Shown here one piece after another: positions 1-9,279 of a DNA stretch of 49,637 nucleotides. The notes below the pieces were generated by a model. The model had not been told where the DNA came from. It searched no databases and was given only the letters and a program-made list of their open reading frames with translations. The stretch comes from an uncultured Sulfurimonas sp. Its GTDB lineage: Bacteria > Campylobacterota > Campylobacteria > Campylobacterales > Sulfurimonadaceae. Location: NCBI GenBank assembly GCA_964528435.1, contig CAZGSK010000001.1:1-49637 (forward strand), in the 5' to 3' direction. Both the position numbers and the translations under genes were made by a program. The number at the start of each line of letters is the position of its first letter. Within the stretch, counting starts at the first letter, position 1.

Positions 1-563
1 TTTTGTGTAGCTTCAAAACCATCCATACGTGGCATATGAGCATCCATAAGTATAAGTGTAAAATTATCATCTTTTTCTAGAATTTCTAATGCTTCTACAC
101 CGTCATTTGCTACAATGACTTCAATGCTGCTCTCAGCTAAAAGTCCTAAAATGACTTTTTGGTTAATAATATTGTCTTCAGCAAGTAAAATACGCTGACC
201 TGAAAATTCTTTGAAATCATTTTTTGTGATTTTTGCATGTGGTGGTACGTCTCTTTTTTTGATAACTTTTGGTTCTTCTTGAATTTTTCTGGCAGGTTTT
301 TCTTCAACTACTCCAAAATCTCCCTCTTCTTTTCCATCAAGGAGAGTAGTTGATGCCTCTTTTTCTACTAAGGGACTCTCTTGCTCTTTTTCAATGACCT
401 CTTTAACGGCAGTTTCTATTTTTTCTACAGAAGTGCCATCTTCATTATTTGCTTGTATTGATGCATCAGCTGCTTTTCTTTTGATTATGAGATAGATAAA
501 AATTACAACTAAGATGGCAACCAAAGCTAAAAGTTCGTTTTGATAGGCAGTTATAAGGTTCAT
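1..563 (-). CDS. Membrane-anchored response regulator (REC domain), 3' end beyond window
   Basis: Not in the ORF track. Manual translation from ATG at 563 (SD AGGGA): MNLITAYQNELLALVAILVVIFIYLII (TM), an acidic linker, then RILLAEDNIINQKVILGLL...LILMDAHMPRMDGFEAT (receiver motifs). Confidence 0.85.
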   Translation of the reverse strand, partial: MNLITAYQNELLALVAILVVIFIYLIIKRKAADASIQANNEDGTSVEKIETAVKEVIEKEQESPLVEKEASTTLLDGKEEGDFGVVEEKPARKIQEEPKVIKKRDVPPHAKITKNDFKEFSGQRILLAEDNIINQKVILGLLAESSIEVIVANDGVEALEILEKDDNFTLILMDAHMPRMDGFEATQ

Positions 564-630
564 ATTCCCTCTTTTTATAAAATATTGCTCAATCATACAG
601 TATGAAAAATTAAACCTAAATCAAATTTGC

Positions 631-638
631 TGTATAAT
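631..638 (+). promoter_or_regulatory. sigma70 -10 box for rsmH operon
   Basis: TGTATAAT about 28 nt upstream of the rsmH TTG. Confidence 0.6.
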
Positions 639-666
639 CACTTTAAATTTTATTTTAGGGTGAGTT

Positions 667-1590
667 TTGCAAAATATTCCACATATTCCGGTTTTATATA
701 GAGAAGTAGTAACAGCTTTTGAAAATATAGATGAGGGAATTATTATTGATTGTACAATGGGATATGGCGGACACTCTTCAATGATTCTTGATGCAAATCC
801 AAATATCAAACTTATTGCAATTGATCAAGATCAGACTGCGATTGATTTTTCATCAAAGCGTTTAGAAAAGTATGGAGATAGGGTGGAGATACGAAAAGGG
901 CGCTTTTCAAATGTCATTAAAGATATCCTGCGTGAGGTAGATCCAGCTGATATAAAAGGTCTTTTGGCAGATATAGGTGTTTCATCTTTACAACTCGATC
1001 AAAAAGAGAGAGGCTTTTCATATGAGAGTGAAAATCTTGATATGCGTATGGACAAAGAGGCAGATTTAAGTGCTGCTGATGTTGTAAATACTTATGCAAA
1101 ATCAGAACTAGAGCGCATTCTTTTAGAATATGGAGAGTTGCGAAACTTTAAAAAAATAGCTGCTGAGATAGTAAAAAATCGTCCTTTTGACTCAGCAAAA
1201 GAACTCAGTGAAAAGCTCAAACCTTTTATGCCTAGAGGAAAAAAGATCCACCCTGCAACACTTTTGATGCAGGCTATTCGTATAGAGGTCAATGATGAGC
1301 TCGGAGAGTTAAAATCACTGCTTCAAAGTATAGAAGAGGCAAAACTGCCAAATGCAAAGATTGCTATTATCTCTTTTCACTCTTTAGAAGACAGAATTGT
1401 CAAAAAAGAGTTTGCAAAGTGGGCAAAGTCTTGTTTCTGTCCACCAGAGGCCATGCGATGCAGTTGTGGAAATAATCACCAACTAGGTAAAGTCATTACG
1501 AAAAAACCTATAATGGCTCAAGATGATGAGCTAAAAGAAAATGCACGAAGCAGAAGTGCAAAAATGAGAATATTTGAGACAAATTTATAA
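667..1590 (+). CDS. rsmH: 16S rRNA m4C1402 methyltransferase
   Basis: HIPVL, DCTMGYGGHS, DIGVSSLQLD, ISFHSLEDRIVK and NARSRSAKMR motifs. Confidence 0.97.
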   Translation: MQNIPHIPVLYREVVTAFENIDEGIIIDCTMGYGGHSSMILDANPNIKLIAIDQDQTAIDFSSKRLEKYGDRVEIRKGRFSNVIKDILREVDPADIKGLLADIGVSSLQLDQKERGFSYESENLDMRMDKEADLSAADVVNTYAKSELERILLEYGELRNFKKIAAEIVKNRPFDSAKELSEKLKPFMPRGKKIHPATLLMQAIRIEVNDELGELKSLLQSIEEAKLPNAKIAIISFHSLEDRIVKKEFAKWAKSCFCPPEAMRCSCGNNHQLGKVITKKPIMAQDDELKENARSRSAKMRIFETNL

Positions 1591-1601
1591 AGGAAAAGCA
1601 G

Positions 1602-1880
1602 GTGAGTGATAAACATGAGCTCTTAGATGAAGTTGATTCGGTTATAAGAAAAAAAAGAAATCTTGACTTTAACTACTTCTTATATATTATTTTCTCGCTT
1701 TTGTTTGTTGCCATGTTTGCTTTCCCAAAAATATATATCACTCAACAGATTTACTATAAAAGCAGAGAGATAGCAAAACTAAAAATTGAGTATGAAACAC
1801 TCAAAGAAGAAAATAGACTTATCAGTGCTTCTGTAGAGTTAATAAAGTTCAAAAATCAGATCTTAGATACACTTTTTTAG
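1602..1880 (+). CDS. FtsL-like bitopic protein (single TM + coiled coil)
   Basis: Immediately downstream of rsmH; TM helix followed by a heptad-like segment. Confidence 0.6.
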   Translation: MSDKHELLDEVDSVIRKKRNLDFNYFLYIIFSLLFVAMFAFPKIYITQQIYYKSREIAKLKIEYETLKEENRLISASVELIKFKNQILDTLF

Positions 1881-1896
1881 ATTATAAGGAAAAATA

Positions 1897-4800
1897 TTGA
1901 TTCGTAAGTTTATAGAGTTTGCCATTGAAAAGCCACTTCTTAATCATATACTTTTAATTTTCATCTTCATGCTCTCTATTTTTGCATATATTAACATCCC
2001 AAAAGAGATTTTTCCTCCGATAAATGTAGATAAGATTACTATTAAAGGTGGTTATGCAGGAACATCAGCAGATGTCTTAGATAAGATGGTTGTTCAGAAT
2101 ATTGAAGATGATCTGCAAAATATAGATGAACTTGAAGAGATAAAAAGTAGCATAAAAAATGGTTCTTTTATCATAAGTGCAGAGATTAAAAATGGCTCAG
2201 ACAATATACTAGTACTCAATGATGTAAAAGATGTCGTCAGCAATGTAAAAAAAGATTTGCCTGCAGATATGAATGAGCCAGTAGCAAAGATAAAGACACA
2301 TGCTTTTCCCCTTGTGCTAATTGCACTTTCAGGAGATGTATCTAAAGAAGAACTTCTAGAGCGTGCAGATGAACTTAAAAGTGAGCTTGCAAAGTTTAAA
2401 GATCTCAGTGATATAACTATTCGAGGTGATGCTGATGAAGAGCTTGATATTTCACTTAATTACCAAAAGATTCAAGCATATGGTCTTAGTAGTGCGCAGG
2501 TTGTCTCAGCTATTAGTAATATAAGTTCCATTTTTCCAATAGGAACCATCAAACAAAAAGCGCACCATCTCTATATTTCAACCTATAATGGTGAAAAGAC
2601 AAAAGAAAAGATTGCAGATACTATTATTCACGTGGGTACTATGAAGCTATGCATTGGAGATATTGCAAATGTGGCTTTTAAGCTAGGTGATGAGGTGGAA
2701 CTTTCACACTATAATGGTGTAAGAAATATCTCTATCAATGTTACAAAAAGTAAAAATGGAAATGCTATTGCTCTTGTTAAACAGATTCGCAAGCTTTTAA
2801 AAGAACAAAAGAAGAAGTATCCGCAGTTGAATTTCAATATTTATACTGATACATCTGTTTGGATTAAAAATCGTCTTAATGTAGTTTTTTCTAACATCGC
2901 TTTTGGATTGATGCTTGTTTTCTTGGCAATGCTGGTTTTTATTAATCGTGGGATTGCATTTGTTGTGGCTCTTGGAATTCCTGTGAGTTTTATGATAGGG
3001 CTTATTGTAACGGAGATATTGGGAGATTCACTAAATATGCTCTCACTTTTGGGCGCACTCATTGCTCTGGGAATGCTTGTTGACGAAGCTATTGTTGTGG
3101 CTGAAAATATCTACAGACATTTAGAAGAGGGAATGGAGAGAAAAGAGGCTGTTATTAATGGTGCTGCAGAGATGTTTCCTGCAGTACTTACTGCAACACT
3201 GACAACAGTTTTTGCCTTTTTGCCTATGCTCTTAATGTCAGGAGAGATGGGAATGTTCATTAAGATTATTCCTATTATGATTACTGTTTTGCTGCTCTCA
3301 TCTCTTTTTGAAGCATTCTACTTTTTACCACTGCATGCGCATGACTTTTTAAAGGTCTCACGTGAGGGGAGTTTTACAAAAGTTTTTTGGGAAAAAATGT
3401 ATGTGTGGTACAGTAAAGGACTTCATTTCTTTTTTAAAAGAAAATTTATCTCTTTAGTATTAATAACACTTTTTATTCTTGGTTTTGAATTTATAATGAT
3501 GAAGCATGCAAAGTTTCAACTTTTTCCAGATTTTGACAATACACAAGTTTATGTTTATGGAAAAGTCAATATAAATAATGAACTTGAAGATACAGAAAAA
3601 GTTGTTACAAAATTGGAAAACATTATAATAAAGCAGATTGATAATGAGAATGTATCATCTGTTACTTCTGTTGTCGGTTTTAAAATGGACGCAAAAAACA
3701 GGGCAGAGTTGGGTGAAAATATGTTTCATATTTTTGTTGATCTCCATGAAAGAGCAGCAGAGAACTTTTTTGATAAGTATATTAGCCCATATCTTTCTAT
3801 TGAATATGATGCAAAGGTAAAAACAAGAAAACTTGATGCAAAAGAGATAGCAAAAGAGATAAAACAAGCACTGAAAGCTTTGCGTGAGACAAAAGATGAA
3901 AAAGGGGATAAGCTTTTTGAAGAACTTGTTGTTAAAGTGCCTGGTGCAGGTGTAATTGCACATGATGTTGAAATAGGCCTGAGCTCCAAAGATGGAAAAA
4001 ATGTCATACCATATCTTCAAACTTTAGAAAAGAAATTAGCTTCAATTGAGGGTGTTTTTAATATTTCTGATGATGCTACATTAGGAGAAAAAGAGTTAAA
4101 ACTGCGTGTAAATAGATATGGGCAGGAGTTGGGATTTAGCGAAGGTGTTGTATCAAATATATTACGTGCGTATTACCTCAAAGGTGAATATGGCAAACTC
4201 TTTAATAAGTCTGGACTTATCCGTATGCGTATTGAGAGTGATTTAGATAAAAATATTGATTCATTGAATACAATAGAGTTACAGGTACCATCTTCTAAAG
4301 AGTATGTCGGTCTTAAAGATATATGTGATTTTGAGTATAAACAGAGTTATGTAACATTGAAAAAAGAGGATGGAAAACGCATTAGAAGCCTTTATGCTTC
4401 CATAGATAAAAAGTTTATTACATCTTCAGAGTTGATGCAAAAAATCGAACCTCTACTACAAAGTTTCAAAAAAGAAGGTTTGCTGGTAGAGATTAAAGGT
4501 GAAGAAAAAGAGAATAATAAAAATAAAAAAGAGATGATGCAATCAGCAATCATTGCAATATTTTTAATTTTTATTACACTTGTTTGGTTGTTTGATTCTA
4601 TTAAAAAATCTTTAATTGTTATTAGTACCATACCACTTGTACTGCTTGGGGTATTTGTTGGACATTGGCTTATGGGGTTAAACCTTACAATGCCTGGATT
4701 AATCGGTATAGTTGGACTTGCAGGGGTTGTCGTTAATGATGGCCTTATTATGGTTGATTTTATAAAAAATGCAACAGATACGGAAGATTTAATGCGTCGT

Positions 4801-5010
4801 GCACAAACAAGACTGAGACCGATTTTATTGACATCATTGACAACAGTATTGGGACTTTTAACACTTATTTTCTTTGCTTCAGGTCAGGCAAAGATATTGC
4901 AACCTATGGCAGTATCACTAGGATATGGGATTGCATGGGCAACTATATTGAATCTTTTGTATGTACCATTGCTTTATGCAGTTGTTTATAAAATAAAAGT
5001 ACCAAAATAA
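1897..5010 (+). CDS. AcrB/AcrD/AcrF-family RND transporter
   Basis: 1037 aa; GMLVDEAIVVAENI, GVVVNDGLIMVD and RLRPILLTSLTT motifs. Confidence 0.93.
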   Translation: MIRKFIEFAIEKPLLNHILLIFIFMLSIFAYINIPKEIFPPINVDKITIKGGYAGTSADVLDKMVVQNIEDDLQNIDELEEIKSSIKNGSFIISAEIKNGSDNILVLNDVKDVVSNVKKDLPADMNEPVAKIKTHAFPLVLIALSGDVSKEELLERADELKSELAKFKDLSDITIRGDADEELDISLNYQKIQAYGLSSAQVVSAISNISSIFPIGTIKQKAHHLYISTYNGEKTKEKIADTIIHVGTMKLCIGDIANVAFKLGDEVELSHYNGVRNISINVTKSKNGNAIALVKQIRKLLKEQKKKYPQLNFNIYTDTSVWIKNRLNVVFSNIAFGLMLVFLAMLVFINRGIAFVVALGIPVSFMIGLIVTEILGDSLNMLSLLGALIALGMLVDEAIVVAENIYRHLEEGMERKEAVINGAAEMFPAVLTATLTTVFAFLPMLLMSGEMGMFIKIIPIMITVLLLSSLFEAFYFLPLHAHDFLKVSREGSFTKVFWEKMYVWYSKGLHFFFKRKFISLVLITLFILGFEFIMMKHAKFQLFPDFDNTQVYVYGKVNINNELEDTEKVVTKLENIIIKQIDNENVSSVTSVVGFKMDAKNRAELGENMFHIFVDLHERAAENFFDKYISPYLSIEYDAKVKTRKLDAKEIAKEIKQALKALRETKDEKGDKLFEELVVKVPGAGVIAHDVEIGLSSKDGKNVIPYLQTLEKKLASIEGVFNISDDATLGEKELKLRVNRYGQELGFSEGVVSNILRAYYLKGEYGKLFNKSGLIRMRIESDLDKNIDSLNTIELQVPSSKEYVGLKDICDFEYKQSYVTLKKEDGKRIRSLYASIDKKFITSSELMQKIEPLLQSFKKEGLLVEIKGEEKENNKNKKEMMQSAIIAIFLIFITLVWLFDSIKKSLIVISTIPLVLLGVFVGHWLMGLNLTMPGLIGIVGLAGVVVNDGLIMVDFIKNATDTEDLMRRAQTRLRPILLTSLTTVLGLLTLIFFASGQAKILQPMAVSLGYGIAWATILNLLYVPLLYAVVYKIKVPK

Positions 5011-5032
5011 AGCAGCTTCTAAGCAACTGATA

Positions 5033-5040
5033 TGTATAAT
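5033..5040 (+). promoter_or_regulatory. sigma70 -10 box for tRNA
   Basis: TGTATAAT 20 nt upstream of the tRNA 5' end. Confidence 0.6.
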
Positions 5041-5060
5041 TTCGACCTATTCAAAGAAGT

Positions 5061-5137
5061 GGGTTCGTAGCTCAGTTGGTTAGAGCCCTCCGCTCATAAC
5101 GGAGTGGTCCCGTGTTCGAGTCACGGCGAACCCACCA
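5061..5137 (+). tRNA. tRNA with CAT anticodon (Ile2/lysidine or elongator Met; not initiator)
   Basis: Acceptor GGGTTCG/CGAACCC, D-arm AGCTCAGTTGGTTAGAGC, anticodon arm CTCCG-CTCATAA-CGGAG, T-loop GTTCGAG, encoded CCA. It has a G1-C72 pair and lacks the GGG/CCC initiator stem. Confidence 0.95.
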
Positions 5138-5164
5138 CTTCAAAATTTTTCATCAATTTTTAAA

Positions 5165-5839
5165 TTAATTTGCTTTTGGAAGTCCAAACTTTTGTGTAAT
5201 TAATTCTCCTTCATCATTAAAAAAGAGATAGTAGAGTAGATCTTTTTTGACACTTAAGTCTGCTAAATAGCGTAAAGCAAGGTTTGCTTGGAGGGATGCT
5301 ATGTGCATAACAATGGGTGCAGCAATTCCTGCTGGTGTTTTTTGAATGATTTTAAATGAGTCTGAGAATGAAGATTCTTTGATAAAAGCCACTTGACCGT
5401 GGAAGGCTTCAACACTTCCGTAAATCCATGGGAGATTTTTTGCTTTTGCATAGCTGTTTATCTCTGCACGTGTTGGAAGGTTGTCTGTCGCATCAATGAT
5501 AAGGTCAACATCAATATTTTGTTGACTCCACTCTTCAAAGCTCATCTCATGGGCAATGGCTTTTACATAGGGAGAACGTTCTTGGATGATTTGTACATTA
5601 ATTTGGGCTTTATTCTTACCCTCATCACCGCTTTTAAAGGCTATTTGTCTGTGAATATTATGTAGGCTGACTTCGTCAAAGTCAACCATGTGTATTTCAC
5701 CTATTCCACTTGCTCCAAGAGCAAAAGCGAGTGAAGACCCAAGCCCACCCGAACCAATAATAGCTATTTTTTTATTTTGTAGTGATTCTTGTGTCTTTTC
5801 GCCCCAGAGTTGGACTTGACGCTGAAAGTATTGCATCAT
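5165..5839 (-). CDS. ThiF/MoeB/HesA-family E1-like adenylyltransferase
   Basis: IIGSGGLGS, VDFDEVSLHNIHRQ and IIDATDN motifs. Confidence 0.9.
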   Translation of the reverse strand: MMQYFQRQVQLWGEKTQESLQNKKIAIIGSGGLGSSLAFALGASGIGEIHMVDFDEVSLHNIHRQIAFKSGDEGKNKAQINVQIIQERSPYVKAIAHEMSFEEWSQQNIDVDLIIDATDNLPTRAEINSYAKAKNLPWIYGSVEAFHGQVAFIKESSFSDSFKIIQKTPAGIAAPIVMHIASLQANLALRYLADLSVKKDLLYYLFFNDEGELITQKFGLPKAN

Positions 5840-5878
5840 AATAAAGCCTTTTTTGCATGTTTTGTCAAAATTCAGCGA

Positions 5879-6673
5879 TTATAACACTCTTTTATTAATT
5901 GCTTCTTTAAATCCCCATGTTCTGCGTGAGGCTAGTACATCAGAGTGGTTCATATCAACGATCATAAGCTCTTCTTTGTTACCTAAATGGGTAAGGAGTT
6001 CTCCATTTGGAGAGACTAAGATAGAGTCTCCATAAAAGTTCCAGGTAAACTCTTTATCTTGATATTCACCAATTCTGTTGGCTCTTAATATATAGCAGTT
6101 ATGTGTAAAAGCACGTGTTGTAATAAGTGCTTTCCATCGTTCATAAGATTCAAAAGTCGATACACTTGGTACCAAAAGGCAATCAATATTTTTATTTTTT
6201 AGTTTTGCAAATATCTCATCAAAATGAAGCTCAAATCCGCTGATTACTCCAAATTTAAAACCATCTATTTTAAATACAAGTGGAGTTTGAAGCGCTTTTA
6301 TCTCATTTGCAAAGAACTTCTCTTCATTCCAGTGAGAGTAATTGATGAGAATTTGTTGTTCATAATAAGAGGTAGAAGCAGGAGCAAATTTTGCAATTGT
6401 TTTATAGACTTTTTTCTTCTTGACTATGATGATGGGTGCAACTATTGTCATATTGTAAGTTGCTGAGAGCTCTTTGAGCATTTTTATCTGATGCGTGGCT
6501 TGCTCTTTTATCATGCTCCAAGACATATTCTGGAGTTCTTTAAAAAAAGGATTAAGAACATACTCTCCAAGCAGTAGGAGTCTCACTCCTTTTTTATTTG
6601 CAATACGAATGTAGTTATAGAGCTTTGTAGAACTCATTCCTTGTGAACTGAGCTGTAGTACTGCTGCACGCAT
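5879..6673 (-). CDS. Carbon-nitrogen hydrolase (nitrilase-fold) family protein
   Basis: MRAAVLQL, LLLGEY, RAFTHNCYILRANRIG and FYGDSILVSPNG motifs. Confidence 0.85.
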   Translation of the reverse strand: MRAAVLQLSSQGMSSTKLYNYIRIANKKGVRLLLLGEYVLNPFFKELQNMSWSMIKEQATHQIKMLKELSATYNMTIVAPIIIVKKKKVYKTIAKFAPASTSYYEQQILINYSHWNEEKFFANEIKALQTPLVFKIDGFKFGVISGFELHFDEIFAKLKNKNIDCLLVPSVSTFESYERWKALITTRAFTHNCYILRANRIGEYQDKEFTWNFYGDSILVSPNGELLTHLGNKEELMIVDMNHSDVLASRRTWGFKEAINKRVL

Positions 6674-6858
6674 TAGGAAGCTTTTATCTCTTGAATTTTA
6701 ATGACGGCATCTTCAAGCATCTTTTGTGCTTCACCAAGTTCTTTCATCCCTTGCTCATATGCCTTTACACTCTCTTCGAGCGTAATTTCCGGTTTCATTA
6801 ATGTATCTAAGATTTTTTTTGCATTTTCTAGTTTTTTTTCAAAGTTCTCTTTAGCCAT
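6673..6858 (-). CDS. xseB: Exodeoxyribonuclease VII small subunit
   Basis: FEKKLE...ITLEESVKAYEQGMKEL, 61 aa. Confidence 0.92.
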   Translation of the reverse strand: MAKENFEKKLENAKKILDTLMKPEITLEESVKAYEQGMKELGEAQKMLEDAVIKIQEIKAS

Positions 6859-7957
6859 CGAGTGCTTCCTTCACATATTTTTCAAATTTATTAAGCTCTA
6901 CAAGAAAAGCATCATGCCCATAGTCGCTGTTAATATCTATGTAGTCATAGTTTTTATTTCCAAGTGATTTGAGTGTATCTGCTATCTCTTGCATCTCAAA
7001 GTTTTTAAAAAGTATATCGTTTTTAAAGCTAATAAGATGCAGCTTTGCAGTGATACGTTTGAGTGCTTCATGCAAAGAATCAAATCCGCGTGAGAGATCA
7101 TAGATATTGATAGCTTTTGTGATATAGAGATAGGTTAGTGGATCGAACCATTTTGTAAAATTATATCCATTGTATTCAAGATATGATTCAACTTGAAATT
7201 TACCAAAAAGCTCATAAAGACCATCTGTGAGTTTATAGTCACGTCCAAACTTCTCACGCATAGACTCTGGAGATAAAAAGCTGATATGCCCTGCCATACG
7301 ACCAATTGCCATACCTGCAAGTCCCTGTTCTTTTATAATTTCGGGGTCATAATAGCCCTGTTTAAAATCAGGATCTTTTAAAATGGCCTCTTGTGCTACT
7401 TTGTTAAATGCAATAGCCCAAGGCTGTGTTGCATGTGTTGCTGCCATAGATATGATTTTGTTAGAAAAATTAGGGTAGTGGATAGCAAATTGGAGTGCTT
7501 GCATACCACCCATACTTCCGCCTATTATGGCATGAACTCGATGAATGTCAAGTCTGTCAAACAAGATTCGCTGTGCTTTGATCATATCTTTAATACTGAT
7601 AACCGGAAATTTATAACGATATGGCTCATGGTGTGAGTATTGAAGGCTCATAGGTCCGGTTGAACCAAAACAGCTTCCAATAACATTGGAGCAGATTACA
7701 AAATATTTGTCTGTATCTATGGCTTTACCAGAACCAATAAGTCCATCCCACCAACCAGCTTTAGTTTCATTTTCATAGGTTCCTGCTGCGTGATGTGAAC
7801 CAGTAAGTGCATGGCAAACTACGACAACATTGCTTTTATCTTCATTGAGTTCGCCATATGTTTCATATGTGATATCGTAAGGCTCTAAGATACGTCCACT
7901 CTCTAAGTAGAGTGGATTGGTAAAGTGTTCTGTAAATGTTTGCAGGTTTAATGACAA
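6851..7957 (-). CDS. metX: Homoserine O-acetyltransferase
   Basis: VCHALTG, GWWDGLIG, IGGSMGGMQ and YGHDAFL motifs. Confidence 0.95.
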   Translation of the reverse strand: MSLNLQTFTEHFTNPLYLESGRILEPYDITYETYGELNEDKSNVVVVCHALTGSHHAAGTYENETKAGWWDGLIGSGKAIDTDKYFVICSNVIGSCFGSTGPMSLQYSHHEPYRYKFPVISIKDMIKAQRILFDRLDIHRVHAIIGGSMGGMQALQFAIHYPNFSNKIISMAATHATQPWAIAFNKVAQEAILKDPDFKQGYYDPEIIKEQGLAGMAIGRMAGHISFLSPESMREKFGRDYKLTDGLYELFGKFQVESYLEYNGYNFTKWFDPLTYLYITKAINIYDLSRGFDSLHEALKRITAKLHLISFKNDILFKNFEMQEIADTLKSLGNKNYDYIDINSDYGHDAFLVELNKFEKYVKEALDG

Positions 7958-8009
7958 ATTTGTTGCTCTCTTTAAAATAATAGTGACATTTTAGCAAAAA
8001 TGGCTTAAA

Positions 8010-9275
8010 CTATGCGTCAAGTGCTTGAGCAATATCATCTATAAGATCTTTAGCACTCTCTAGTCCTACTGAGAGACGGATTAGTCCTTCTGGTACACCA
8101 CAGGCAACGAGTTCTTCGTGAGAGAGTTGCTGATGTGTTGTTGAAGCTGGATGTGTGATGATAGATTTAGAATCACCAATGTTTACTACAAGAGAGTAGA
8201 GTTTTGTAGCATTAACAATTTTTTCTGCTTCTTCTAAACTTGCTACTTCAAAACTCAGCAGACCACTACAAAGTCCATCTGTAAAATATTTTTGTGCATT
8301 TTTAAAGTTTGGATTACTTTTAAGTCCCGGATAATTTACCTTTTTAACTTTTGGATGTGACTCTAGAAACTCAGCAAGTAGTAAAGCATTGCGTGAGTGT
8401 TCTTTCATACGAAGCGAGAGGTGCTCCATTCCTTGAATAAAAAGCCAAGAGTTAAATGGTGAAACTACCGCTCCTAAATCGCGGAGGAGAGAGAGTCTTG
8501 CTCGAAGGGTAAAAGCTGGCAAGCCTGTTTGAGTATAAATAAGTCCATGATAAGAAGCATCGGGTTCGTTAAAGTGAGCATAACGAGGATTGTTCTTGAT
8601 TTTTTCATTCAAACCTTTTCTCTCCACTACAATACCACCGATTGCAAGTCCTTGACCTGTTGTGTATTTTGAAGCGCTATGAACAGTTATATCTGCACCA
8701 TATTTAAAAGGTTGGCAGAGCACTGGTGTGGCTACTGTGTTGTCCACTACTGTTAAGATATTGTGTTTGTTTGCTATTGCAGTAAGAGCTTCAATGTCTG
8801 CTACATCAATACTTGGATTTGTTAAACTCTCAAAGAATATTACTTTTGATCTTTCATCTATTAGTGCTTCGATCTCTTCTGGATTATGAACATTGAAAAA
8901 ACGTGCCTCTATTCCAAAACGTTTGAGTGTATGTGCCACTTGCGTGAGACTACCACCATAAAGTTGTTTTGCACAGATAATATTGTCTCCGGCCTCTGCG
9001 GCATTCGCAAATGCATAGAATATTGCACTCATTCCGCTTGATGTTGCCACTGCTGCTTCTCCACCTTCTAAAGCGCTAAAACGCTTTTCAAAAACATCGG
9101 TAGTTGGATTGTTAAGACGTGTATAGATGTTGCCGAGCTCTTTGAGGGCAAAGAGATTTGCAGCATGTTCTACATCACGAAATTCATAAGCAGTCGTTTG
9201 GTAAATTGGAACAGCCATCGTTCCTTGCGTGTCTTTTTCATAACCTGCATGCAGTGCTAATGTTTGTAAATCCAT
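8010..9275 (-). CDS. metY: O-acetylhomoserine aminocarboxypropyltransferase (sulfhydrylase)
   Basis: GNIYTRLNNPT, VDNT, HSASKY (PLP lysine), NIGDSKS and HPASTTHQQL motifs. Confidence 0.93.
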   Translation of the reverse strand: MDLQTLALHAGYEKDTQGTMAVPIYQTTAYEFRDVEHAANLFALKELGNIYTRLNNPTTDVFEKRFSALEGGEAAVATSSGMSAIFYAFANAAEAGDNIICAKQLYGGSLTQVAHTLKRFGIEARFFNVHNPEEIEALIDERSKVIFFESLTNPSIDVADIEALTAIANKHNILTVVDNTVATPVLCQPFKYGADITVHSASKYTTGQGLAIGGIVVERKGLNEKIKNNPRYAHFNEPDASYHGLIYTQTGLPAFTLRARLSLLRDLGAVVSPFNSWLFIQGMEHLSLRMKEHSRNALLLAEFLESHPKVKKVNYPGLKSNPNFKNAQKYFTDGLCSGLLSFEVASLEEAEKIVNATKLYSLVVNIGDSKSIITHPASTTHQQLSHEELVACGVPEGLIRLSVGLESAKDLIDDIAQALDA

Positions 9276-9279
9276 TCAT

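Noticed and set aside
5061-5165. tRNA as an integration site for an island or prophage
   Set aside because: No integrase and no duplicated tRNA 3' end were seen, and the flanking genes are housekeeping.
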